Positions 16,501-27,709 of a DNA stretch of 64,000 nt are shown here, piece after piece. The DNA is taken from positions 21,066,795-21,130,794 of the forward strand of contig NC_092670.1 in the NCBI RefSeq assembly GCF_964355755.1. Direction: 5' to 3'. The notes below the pieces were generated by a model that did not search any database, had not been told where the DNA came from, and saw nothing but the letters and a program-made list of their open reading frames with translations. This DNA comes from Antedon mediterranea (taxonomy: Eukaryota; Animalia; Echinodermata). Both the position numbers and the translations under genes were made by a program. How positions within the stretch are numbered: position 1 is the first letter of the stretch; each line of letters begins with the position of its first letter.

Positions 16501-19500
16501 GGACTTCCATGACAACCAGTTTGCCTTCAAATCTGGTCACTCAACCGAATTGTGTATATTTGCTCTTAAACAGATTATCGAGCATTACAACAATCATGGT
16601 AGCCCAGTTTATTGCTGTTTCTTGGACGCTAGCAAAGCCTTTGATAAAATGAACCACTGGACACTTTTCAAGACCCTAATTGACAGGGGTACCCCTTCAC
16701 CTGTAGTTAAGATTCTGAGGTCATGGTATAGGAATCAGGAATTTGTTGTCAGGTGGGGAAGTTCCGTTTCCGATTCTTTCACTGTTCGTAATGGGCTTCG
16801 CCAGGGAGGCGTTATGTCCCCTCTACTTTATAATGTGTACACTGATCCGTTAACTGTTGAACTGACTAAGTCAAAAGAAGGTTGTGAAATTAACAGTCTC
16901 AAACTGAATTGCCTAAGCTTTGCCGATGACTTGGTCCTTTTGGCTCCGTCAGTGACTGGCTTACAAAGCCTAATTGGACTCTGTGAAGGTTTTGCTAGTG
17001 ACCATGATATTACTTTTAATGAAACCAAATACAAATGCTTGCTATTTTGCCCGAAAGTCCGCAACCTCAAAGGTGTTCCACATATTACCTTAAATTGGGC
17101 ACCTCTAATCATTGATAATTCAATAACCTATATTGGTCATGTGATCAGTAATAACCTGAGTGATGAAAGTGACATCAAACGTCAATATCGATCTATTTGC
17201 ATTAGGGCCAACTCTCTAAATAGAAAGTTTGGAAAATGTTCTACTAAGACTAAATGTTATCTATTTAAGAGTTACTGTGTCAGCATGTACTGGTTCAATC
17301 TTATGGTGTAGATATAATAAGAGCACTCTGAGATCACTGAAAGTATGTTATAACAATGCCTTACGTTTGCTGCTGAAGCAGCCTAGACATTGTAGTGCAA
17401 GCATGATGTTTGTCTTAAATGACGTCCCATCCTTTGATGAGTTTATTAGAAAATCTGTTTTTAGTTTTTAAAATCGTGTGAACGCAAGTAGTAAAATTCC
17501 TTGATCATGGCCATTAATCGCCACGTTCTTAATGTGTCAAGAATGCACATACAATGGAAAGCTTTGTTGCATTGACTTTATATATTTACATATCTTTGTT
17601 TTTGTTCTATGAGCTGTTAGATTAAGATTTTTTTTTTCTCTCTCCTTTGCTATGGATATAATATTATGTCACCATGATATTCCGAAATAAAAAGATAAAT
17701 GAAATGAATGAAAATAATATAATAAACTGATGAAGGGCTATTGTGCCCGAAACTCTGCTAATTTTTCTGGCTGTGTTACTTTATCATTTTGATTTAGCTT
17801 TTTGCTCATTTTATACCGGATACCCACAGCATTGTCATTTTGTTCAGTACTTTGCCTTTGGATTTATAATACAATAAACATGTAAATTCGTAAAAATCAT
17901 GTACACAGTACAGTAGGCCTACTATACTCATTTATTATTCTAAAAAGAAATCCATTGGAAAAAAGTATAGGTTCCCTGTGTGAAAAGTAATTAATTCGTA
18001 GGCCTATGTGTAATGAGGCATAAAAACCAACAGAATTGTAGTAAACAATTTCTTGCAACCATAGCAATCGTATGGCCAAAGGATTGCAATTTACAATAAA
18101 GTAGTGTGAAATGCGTGTTTGTATAATACTATTATTATTTCCATATTTTTTGCTTTATTGATCATACCACAAGAATAAGCAAAATGCCTTTGAAAGAAAA
18201 AATCATTAAATTTATTAAACTGTACACAGGTTTAAGCTCATTTTACTCAAGAGTGATTAATAATTGCATTTTAACAACAACAAAAAACAACCAAACATGA
18301 ATATGGAAAGCAAAAGAGACATAAATTTTACATCCTAAATTTGAAAGATCCCATTCTTAGGTTTCAAATTGAAAGATCAGTGTCCGCGTGAGACAATTAG
18401 CATTAAAGCTCTCTTATTTGTAAAGCAAATAAGTCTTGAGTACCATTTTAAAAGCAAGACACAAAATCAATTAGAATCCCCTTCAAGACTTTGCTTTACT
18501 AATGTATATACAATCAATAATTACGTTAAAAAACATTTCAAAATACTATGCTAAACAGGATGTTTGCTGGTTTGTGTGTGGGATACACGGTCATCTTAGG
18601 TTGTTATGGCATTATACCCACAACTCTGTTAAGCTCTGTCTACACTATCAAACTAGTTTGACAAAAAAGTGTGATGTGCCCAATACAAATATGGTAATGG
18701 TATGACATCATCATGTCCAATCCATACAGTATGGGCACATCAACCTTTGTACATATTGATCAACCAAATTATGGAAAAACTTCCAAATGACACAAAAACA
18801 AACTTTCAACTTTTAAAAATTCAATCCAAAATATTACAGATAATGTAATAGAGAGGTTTCGTAATCTTACGAATACGATAACGAAAACGAATACGTCACG
18901 CACACGTATTCGTTTTCGTAAGCCATAAAAAAATCTGTTTCGCATGGCAACGAAATATTGAGGCGCGTCCAAAATATGACTGCGGTAAATTTGGGCGAAG
19001 CGCAGATTGCTTGGTGCTTGGCTGCCTAGGCCTAGTGTAACATCAAAGCGAGTGAAGACTTTAAAAAACTGCTATTTATCAAAATTGACCTGGCATTTTA
19101 GTAAATTACTTTAGTAAATTACTTTCAATAAATCTATAATTATATTATAATCATGAATCATTCCTAATTCAAATGCAAAATGTGCAAAATAGATCAAAAA
19201 CTATACTTGTTTTGTAGTTACGAATATGACTGGTGATATTCGTCAACACGAATACGCTTTACGAATATGAAATGGGGATCAGCTCAAAAGTTTCACAAAT
19301 GTATGACGTACCGTTTTTGTTATCGTATTCGTAAGGTTGCGAAACCTCCCTATTATTAATATATTTTACCTTGAATTACCTTTTTGTAAATGTGTGTATA
19401 ATGTAAATGATTGTATTAGTTGTTAATTACTTTTCTTATATTGTTAATGTTCTCTACTGGACCACTTTGGAAATCAATGATTTAGCACTGAAAGTGTCAT

Positions 19501-21426
19501 TCAGAATAAAATAAAAATCACTTTTTTTTTCACATAACATTTGATAGTGTAGACAGAGCTTAGCATATACAAATATTCTACTTTCAAATTGTTAATAAAA
19601 AAATTACAGTATATAACTTTCTTAACTGACTGTTTCTTTTATTAACAATCAACCATACAGTAGACAAATAATAGGGGCAGATCCTCCAGAAATTACTGTA
19701 GAAAACACAGTAAGTGAGGGTATTTTATTTAAATATACAAAACTGCAGCAATTAAGGTCCACCTCAATTCAGAATTTAAAGCCTAACTCACCAAACATTT
19801 GATCTCAAATAATTTATATTGTTTATTCAATGCAGCTTATTATTAATTATTGTATTTCATATACCGGTAACTTGTTTTGTTTTTAATTAATTTGTACTAC
19901 TGTACTTAGTTTTGTTTTGTTTTTTTGTATTTTATAATAATAAGTAAGAGCAGTTTCTGTTTGGGCTCGTCATGCCTATTACTTGCTCCTGGCAAGATGA
20001 AACATACTTTTAAGAACTTTTGCTGAATAAATATTATTATTAATTATTACCTCCTACTCGAAGTGTTAAGGAATATATCTCCTGTATGGTTAAAGAGCTG
20101 CTATGGTAATTTTAATCTTTTGCACACCTCATTATGAAACTAGAAATATTTGTTTAGTATACTTATAAAAATATTGTAAGCAAAACAAAAACTGTAACTA
20201 AAATACAAAAGCACAAATTTGACTTAATCTTTCAATTTCATCAATTTTACCTATCAAACAATGATTTCACTGTATAAGAAAAATAAATAAAGTACGTAAC
20301 CATGGTTATTGAACCATAATAATACTTCACAAAATGTATAAAAATTCCCCCAGTGCTTTTAACAAAAGAAAATATATTTTTTATTGTTATCCACAATAAA
20401 TAAAAATTCAATATCATTTGCCCTTTTTTTAATATCATTGCACTTTGTTTCATTTATTCATGCAATTTTTAAATTGTGATGATCATCAGAGTAATGATAA
20501 TTAAATTATCATTATTATCAAAATTATGTTCTGTTTTGTATTCATTTGCAAGGCCGTAGCGAGAGGTTAAAACAGACGAGGCAAAGATACTTTAAATATA
20601 ATTATTAATGTCAAATATGACGGGCTGTGTTGGGCATTGAGGGTGGTTTGTGAAAACTGACAATTCATGCTGGCTATGGCCCAATACTGTATTTTTTATT
20701 CATTTTCCTAATCATCATTTAAGATCCAGATTTTATTGATTCTTACAGAAATTCATACAAAAACACTCATACAAAATAATGGCGGGTATATAACAAAATA
20801 ACATTAACTACAAAAATATATCAAGGAGATTTACATCTCCCTGAATTACTGACTGAAGGATCCTTTTAAAAAAAAATTTATCAAGTTATCAATTTTATTT
20901 TTTAAAAAGGGATAATAATATACAAAATATATTTGTACCTACTGTACTAGTAGAATAGTAGTTTAGGCCTAGGCATATTGAAATATGAATTATTCATTAC
21001 ACAGATATCCCATTACACATATAACCTTATTATAATTTAAATTAGGCCAATTACCTTTGATATTCCCTCTTCATTGGCAATTACTTTTTTCTGGAGTTGC
21101 ATCAGTTGCCACATTTCAGACACCGGTTTCACACTTTCAGACGAACTTCGTGTCCTTTCCAGCAAATTTTCATTTGATGGTAATGCATTTAGAGACTCAA
21201 TTTGTGTTTCTAATTTCGACAACTTGTTCTCAATTTCTTTACTTTTACTGCCAGATAAATCAACGCTATCTAAATCTGACTGAGAAAGTTCTGTTTTTAA
21301 GTCACCGAGATGTAAGTTCTCAACTATAACAATCATTAGACGACGAAGTGCATGGTAGTTTACAACTTCTGGCGTTCCCAAAGACAGATCAACAAGCTCC
21401 ACCAGGCTAACTGTATTGGACGTCAT
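4586..21426 (-). CDS. QRICH2/C16orf96-like coiled-coil protein with DUF4795-type C-terminal region (multi-exon)
   Basis: The N-terminus VSLVELVDLSLGTPEVVNYHAL resembles QRICH2. C-terminal motifs: KADKRALDNKISRAQF, NKLDRMELDPLK, EEAAGFRK, FNCISCDRPL, RPYTTFELEQIR, RSCGGTHTLTYP, GQDGHIYKGR. Exons approx. 21426-21055, 14880-14776, 14429-14304, 13875-13732, 12289-12119, 12002-11865, 11006-10884, 10469-10275, 9997-9875, 9638-9565, 9444-9334, 9208-9032, 8921-8859, 8766-8665, 6319-6212, 5478-5437, 5326-5239, 4825-4586 (TAA). Confidence 0.88.
5009..5182. mobile_element. hAT-type MITE
   Basis: TIR CAGTGGCGTAAC/GTTACGCCACTG with a perfect 8-bp TSD TAAATAGT. Similar CAGTGGCG-ended elements at about 23171-23311 and 63049-63191. 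Confidence 0.85.
5790..6125 (-). mobile_element. tRNA-derived SINE with Deu/Nin-like central domain, copy 1
   Basis: Minus-strand head with A box (TGGCCGAGCGG) and B box (GGTTCGAGGC). The central TAAACCGTAGGTCC...TTAAAGAACC...GAGTAGGGGGTTACCCCG resembles the Deu/Nin domain. There is a 3' hairpin and an (AAAC)n tail. A homologous copy lies at 30480-30748. Confidence 0.75.
7342..7479. mobile_element. PIF/Harbinger (Tourist-like) MITE; about 10 family members in the window
   Basis: TIR AGCTCTGTCTACACTATCAAACTA flanked by a TAA/TAA TSD. Related copies near 1535-1620, 11620-11805, 13460-13510, 18632-19560, 27300-27440, 34072-34215, 34510-34666, 42835-42971, 46840-46985. Confidence 0.85.
13935..14157 (+). 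mobile_element. Internally deleted tRNA-derived SINE
   Basis: A-box-like TAGCCAAGTGGTTAGG, core CCCAGTTTACTCAGATGTAAATAAGTAC, and 3' GGAACTGGCCCACCCTACC...TTACCTTTATCTTT tail. Confidence 0.55.
15000..15044 (-). ncRNA. Type I hammerhead ribozyme (intact core)
   Basis: The minus strand reads CUGCA-CUGACGA-GAUCU-AAUA-AGAUC-GAA-ACAGUACUGU-C-UGCAG. Stem I CUGCA/UGCAG is 5 bp, the core is CUGANGA, stem II is 5 bp with a 4-nt loop, GAAA follows, stem III is palindromic, and the GUC cleavage triplet predicts a cut between 15005 and 15004. Confidence 0.88.
15180..17712 (+). mobile_element. 5'-truncated, frameshifted non-LTR retrotransposon (APE endonuclease + reverse transcriptase; L2/CR1-group or RTE-X, clade not resolved)
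   Basis: Endonuclease remnants VVLVGDFN, SWLDHVV and SDHFPI at 15200-15470. RT ORF 15776-17311 has NYRPIAL, QFAFK, FLDASKAFD, GLRQGGVMSP and FADDLVL. Frameshifts occur near 15430, 15790 and 17295, and there is an (AAATG/AATG)n tail at about 17697-17712. It is antisense within the QRICH2-like intron. Confidence 0.93.
17727..17870 (+). mobile_element. Penelope-like terminal fragment with degenerate minimal hammerhead core
   Basis: CTGATGA-A-GGGC-TATTGT-GCCC-GAAAC at 17727-17753 matches the CUGANGAAG...CGAAAC pattern typical of Penelope pseudo-LTRs. Stem III, the cleavage triplet and stem I are not recognisable. Confidence 0.5.
18632..19560. mobile_element. Nested composite: Harbinger MITE interrupted by a LINE 3' fragment, itself interrupted by a second MITE (about 18850-19351)
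   Basis: Outer TIRs at 18632 and 19560. Inner approx. 40-bp TIRs AG(A/G)GAGGTTTCG(T/C)AA(T/C)CTTACGAATACGATAAC. The intervening sequence has a KLW-x-x-LP-like LINE ORF2 end and a 3' hairpin plus AATAAA tail. Confidence 0.7.
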
Positions 21427-21932
21427 TTTAAAATGAGTTTCTCTTCTTTCAAAATTATAAAATCTACATGCCTTTCAGTCAATAATGGCAAAAATAGCAG
21501 TTATTTTAGACTACCACTGGCAGGACAAACCAGTCACAGTCATAACAACACAACACAGGAAATGGTAGGCTAAGCACACAAGTAATAATCTGTACACATG
21601 TGCTAAGTTTATTGATATTCCTCCGCCAAAGTTAACTCTGTTACTAAACTAGTAAAAAAATAATCAAAATAATCGGTAAATACTTTAATTAAATGTAAGA
21701 TAATATAAAACAAATACGGCAACACAAAAGTATTCAAACTATGCTTCAAATTATAATATTTATGCTTGTCATTTTGTGATCTACTTTAGAAAGCTACCAT
21801 AGTAACTAAGTATGTAATTTGGCTTAGCAACGGAGCGCGTTGAAGATGTCAAGGGTTATTATTATCGGGCGATACCATTATCACGTTTTTTCCGCGCCAC
21901 CAACGTTGCACAAAAGTAAAATACACCTTGAA
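21427..21932. promoter_or_regulatory. Probable bidirectional promoter, QRICH2-like / NAT9
   Basis: Divergent start codons about 506 bp apart, with a CpG-containing patch at 21830-21905. Confidence 0.55.
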
Positions 21933-24127
21933 ATGAGAATCAATGAAAACTGTAGAATTATTGGCAAACGTGTTGTTCTTGTACCTTACAAAGAATCTCA
22001 TGTAGATAAGTATGTATTTAAAATTAATGAAAATATAATTATACCCAATGCGAAATGTAAAGTAGGCCACTGTAGAAGTAGGTAGGCCTCTCTAGTCTAG
22101 TAGTATAGGCCTTCTCCTACTGCTAGCTAGCTATATAGAGGGAGAACTGGCAGGCCTAGGTAGGTCTCGCTGCAGAAACATGATGGAATATCCTCCCTCC
22201 TCTCCTTGGGTTGGGCGGACAGTAGCCCTGCTAGCAGTAGTATTTTGAATATTCTAGGCCTAATTCTTTTTGTACTATATTATTATTATTATTAGCATCT
22301 ATGACCTAGGTTAAATAAATGTTGTGTACAATAATATAATAATTAATATTAATAAAACAATCTGTTTCAAAGGTATCATAAATGGATGACATCTCAAGAA
22401 TTACAGGAGCTCACAGCTTCAGAACCCTTGACACTGGAAGAGGAATATGCTATGCAGAAGAGTTGGCATGTAGATGAAAACAGTAAGATAACCTCATTTT
22501 ATTGTAGCATTCCACCCCTCCCAGTCCCAATTAATTACCTGTGCTCTTTGGGTACATTCTCTCAGAGGTAACTGTTCTCCGCTGTAGATATAATAATGTG
22601 TATTCTTTATGTAAAATAATGATTTTTTAAAATTATTTTTCAGAATGTACATTTATAGTTTTGGATAAAGAAAAATGGAAACAAACAGAAACAAAAGAAG
22701 ATGGTAACATACAAATTAAATAAATCTTTTATATTTGCTATGCTACTTTATGTAACCAGAGAGTCAATCTTAGTTTTAAAAGTTCTAAGCAAGTACCCAT
22801 TTATACAGCTGGGTGTTATTCACTTAATGGAAATAGGAACTTCATTTACAATGCCATTTTAATAATAAATTTCAATAATAAAATCCAATTTATATTATCA
22901 CTTCAATCTTTATCTTTCAGATTGTATGTGTGGGGATGTGAACCTGTTTTTGAATGATCCAGACAATAGACAAACTGCAGAGGTTGAAATTATGATTGCT
23001 GGTAAGTGGCATTTAAGCTTGGTACCCAACATGGATATCCCTTCCAATCACAAAGCTTTGTTCGATCCTTTCCATTTACTAATTTGTTTCTTCCCAACAG
23101 AGGAAACATGCAGAGGGAAAGGTTTTGGGAAAGAAGCCTTATGGATTATGATGCAATATGGTAAGTTGGCCAGTGGCGGGTCCAGGATTTTCAAATAGGG
23201 GAGCCAGGGCCTAAAAATGGTGAAATTAAGTGCTGAGCTTAATTTGATGCATTACATTTGCGAAATTTAGGGGGGCCGGGTGAGATGGGCCCTCCCTTGG
23301 ATTCACCCCTGTATTTTTACTCTTAAAGATGTATTGTTCCCCCTGAAAAAATAATTCTTAAAAAATTTTTTGTTGAATATGCCATTTTAATGTAACATAA
23401 TAGTTATTCACTTTGACCAAAACTTGGATCGAACAAAAAATGTATTTACTTGAAAAAATTGTAATTTAAAGCAAAAAATGGCCAAATTGGCTGCCAGCCA
23501 GTGAGTTTTGGGTTGAATTTACCCATTTATTTTCTCAATTTATAGGTAAAAACATTATTTTTTTCATTTTTTTTCTATGGAAGTGATTAACTTTATTATT
23601 ATTTACAACATAACATATTCAAAGTCTAATTTAATTAATCTTCATTATTCATGTTTTGGGGGGACAATACATCTTTAAGTTAAAGGGAGGAATGACATCA
23701 TTACAAGAAGATATTGATTGGTTGTTATTGCATTTTACTGCTAGGAATGGAGAAAATAGGCTTGAAAAAGTACACAGCAAAAATTGGTATGAAAAATACA
23801 AAGAGCCTGTCAATGTTTAAAAAGTTTGGATTTAAAGAGGTAGGAACATAATGTTAAATTTGTTGCCATCTTTAACTTAAGGCAATAACATTGTTTTTTA
23901 TGCAAATCGTAAATAATTTTGAAAACTATTTAGAAGAACAATAAAATCTTTCTTTAAAGGTTTCGTTTAGTGAAGTTTTCGAGGAGATTACGCTTGAATT
24001 TGGAGTTACAGAAAGTGAGAAACTTGAACTCACAAAAATACCTTTGCAGAAAATGCCAAAAGAGAAATGTAATAAAAACAAAAAAGGCATTGGATACCAG
24101 GAAGAGTTTGAAAGCCTAGGCTCATGA
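21933..24127 (+). CDS. NAT9: N-acetyltransferase 9 (GNAT family)
   Basis: Exons approx. 21933-22009, 22373-22482, 22644-22703, 22921-23001, 23101-23160, 23745-23839, 23960-24127 give MRINENCRIIGKRVVLVPYKESHVDKYHKWM...LQELTASEPLTLEEEYAMQKSW...KCTFIVLD...GDVNLFL...AEVEIMIAEETCRGKGFGKEA...SEVFEEITL. Confidence 0.96.
23327..23674. mobile_element. TTAA-targeting non-autonomous DNA transposon (Kolobok-like); related copies about 26195-26484 and 49260-49519
   Basis: TIR AGATGTATTGT(T/C)CCCC flanked by TTAA on both sides. Internal segments are shared with the other two copies. Confidence 0.7.
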
Positions 24128-25568
24128 TGAAACAAGCTGTTGAACAGTTAGTTAAAGAGAAAACAAACGCATGCCAGGACACCAGATAGTAATGATTTTA
24201 CAGTAGTTCGATCTATCTCTGGCATTGGAACGAGCATTACAAGCATCCAAAAGATCTAGGATTCATTAAGTAAGAGTATGTAATAATTGTCTGTCATCTT
24301 TTTAAAAATTGTTTTTTTTCATATGCATCCAACAGCAAGTAACTCGCCAATTAGAGGATGAATAATATTATAATTTATCGTGTTTATAAACCAAGTCTTA
24401 TTTGAGCCTTAGGGAGTGGAGTTATTATGCCTGGATTGAACCCTGGACTTTGGGATTGTAAGGCAAGCAAACAACACTTTCTACCAAAAAAGAAGTGTTG
24501 TGGACTTGTTCTAAAGGGAATCTTATGGCTATAAATCATTTAAATAATAATGGATAGAGATTATACTGTATATACAAAATACAAACAATATTTGTTTTAA
24601 TGAAAATGTTTTTATTGAGTATGGAATAGCTGCTGTAACATGCATACACCTTAAGATTACAATGCCTAGAATTTAAAACATGCAACTGATAGATAAAATT
24701 GTCCAAATATGGGATGGTTTGATCATAGAGCTATAAAATTAGTAGCTCCATGGTTTGGTAGTCATGAGATACAACATAAGTGCATGAGTGTTGCCTTGTA
24801 TTTCAAATGGGATCATTCAATAGTTTGGCTATTGCACTTTAGCATACACAACAACTTGCCTATAGTGCATTAATCAAATTTTCCAGTACAAAAATTCCAA
24901 TAAAACCCAATCTACAATAAGATAAATTTCTTGAAAACCAGTCTGGTATGAAACCAAGAGGTTAAAAATAAACAAATTTTCTAAAGCAACTTTGTCATTC
25001 CTTCCTGATAATCCCAACCAAATCCCTTCACTAAATTCAGCTATCTCATTGCTACACACTAACTGTACATTGCTCTACAGGGATTTCAGTTTCTTAAACT
25101 AAACACACACACACAACAATTCGATATAAATAAATCACCATTAGAAATGACACTATTTAGGAGTGGTATTTTAGGGCAGTTACTGCAGGCCTACACTATT
25201 TTTCAATGAAAATTAAGTACATAGTGCAATATTATATTATGCATATACAGTATAACAATATTTTTTTATTCTCTAGAATTAAAAACATTTTTTTTACTAC
25301 TAAAAACAATTTAGCTAAACTTTACAATTATGCTTATCAACTGATTGATTGATGAAAAACTACACATAGCAAAAATATAATTGTCTTGATCTTGAAAAAC
25401 ATGTACCCTGATAATAAGGCATGATGGTACTCTGTTTTACTATTAAAACAATTCTGCTAAACTTTACAATACAATTTTGTATGTAGTTGCTTAACTGATC
25501 AATTGATACAAAAATATACATAGCAAAAATATAATTGTCTTGATCTTGAAAAACTCTCACCTTCATAA

Positions 25569-25901
25569 TGCACTTGTCAATTGTATGACCCACTATACGA
25601 CCCCCGGGAGAGGTGCGTCATTTGTCCGATGTGCGTCATACTTTTGAATACCATGACGCACCCGTGCGTCAAAAAGGTGACTTACCTTTAGGTGACCATG
25701 ACGCACCCATTTTGACGCACTGTGACCATGTTGTTGTTGTGGGTGGTAAAGTGACGGACATTGACACACCTTGTTCATTGATGTGACGTACCATCTAGGT
25801 TTTTTGACGCACCCCTGCGTCAGTAATTATTTGTAAATGACGCACCCATGACGCACCTCTCCCGGGGGTCATATAGTGGGTCATACAATTGACAAGTGCA
25901 T
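25569..25901. mobile_element. MITE with about 52-bp near-perfect TIRs and internal TGACGCAC repeats
   Basis: ATGCACTTGTCAATTGTATGACCCACTATA(C/T)GACCCCCGGGAGAGGTGCGTCA at both ends in inverted orientation, flanked by TA. Confidence 0.85.
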
Positions 25902-27709
25902 TATAAGGCATGATAATACAGTACAATTTTTATTAAGTTTGTGTTAGACAATTATAATTACTATAAGCTTACTGACAATTTGTCCAGCCCAACATATTCC
26001 AGTTAAAAGTAAGCAAGCTGTATTTAAAGTATCAATGGATACATATTTAGTATATTTTTTAAATATGTTTTTGATATTAAAATTGACTGAAGATAATATT
26101 TACAGCATTATTCTACAAAAGCACAATTTAAAACAGTTAATGTTTGAAAACAGCACAAGTTCAGTCAGGTCTTAATTCAGTAGATAATAACTTAAGCTTA
26201 AAAATATATTTCGCCCTAACAAAAAAAAATCCCATTTTAATGTCACATAATAGTTATTAACTTTGACAAAAAAACTTGATTTTTTACCTGTAAAAGCTGT
26301 AAATTAAATTTAAAAAATAGTCAAATTGACTGGAAGTCCATGGGTTTTTGGTTAAATTTATCAGTTTATTTTTACTTTTTTTTAAAGTTTTTTTTTCTAC
26401 GAAAGTGAATAACTTTTAAACGGCCAAAACTATTTTTTTATTAAGCTTCATTTTTCATGATTTTTGGAGACAATACATCTTTAAATGCATTTTAAAATCT
26501 CATTGTGTTCAAGGGGAGAGGAGGTGACATTTCTCAAACTAACAGTTATCATCTCAATATAATGTCTCAGTATAAGAATCTATCTATCAATAAAAATAAA
26601 ATAAAATTTGGCTACTAAAAAATTATGTTTGAAAGAACTTGACAAGGCATATCAATTACTAAAAAGTAGAAATTAGTTAATTATATTATAAACAACTCTC
26701 CTGAATCCAAACACTACGAAAACGAAAAACTACTAAAGGAGTATTGAAAAAAAAACAGGAATTGATATTTTGGGCAAGCCCAAATGCATTTGGGAGAGTT
26801 GGCTGTAAAATGTTTACAAAAATAGTTACTAAAATTCTAGCTTTGCAAACAACTCTCCTGAATCCAAACATCACGAAAACAGAAAACTAGCAAAATTATA
26901 ATTTTCTTGTTATCCTAAGATCTTAGATTATTATATACAGTGTATATTTATAAAAAAAAACAGGACATTGACATTTTGGGCAGCAAGCCCACATGGGAGA
27001 GTTGGCTGTTTACATCATCTACAAGATACTGTACATAAAAAAAATCTAGCTTTGAGAATTTAGTTATAATATATGGTGCAGAAAATATATCTAAAATTTT
27101 TTATCTTTGTCTTTACTTAAAAAGTTGCATATAAAATATACAAACTAAAATCATTTATGAGGTTAATATATAACTCTATTCAATCAGAGGCTAGGCTAGC
27201 TGTGTCTAATACCTGTGACAGTGGCTTTACAATGTAAATATATATACGTTGGCAGAAAAGCATTGTAGTCTAATTTTTAAGAAATATATAAAATAGCTAA
27301 GCTCTGTCTACACTATCAAACCTAGTTTGACAAAAAAAGTGTGATGTGCCTAAATATGCTAGTGATATGACATCATCATGTCCATATATGGTCACATCAC
27401 ATTATTTTGTCACATAAAGTTTGATAGTGTAGACAAGGCTTTAGAGGCATACACTGATTATTAGAATTCCGCAATTCTCAAACTGAATTTTTAATTGGTG
27501 AATATATTAAGGAAACAGAGTGTACATAATACACAAATACATTATCTAATAAAAGCTAAAGAAAGCGCCCTCAATCAATTTTGAATTATTACATTTACAT
27601 ATTTGAAAGAACTAGTTAAATTTATTTCAAAAGCCAAATTTTGTTTATTTATTTAATCTTTTTATTTTTTAGCTATAAATATTATGAATAACTATTTGAA
27701 TTAAAGTTG

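Noticed and set aside
15776-17311. 511-aa RT ORF as a retron, group II intron or domesticated gene
   Set aside because: It has non-LTR-type RT motifs with upstream APE remnants, frameshifts at both ends and a microsatellite tail, so it is a decayed LINE.
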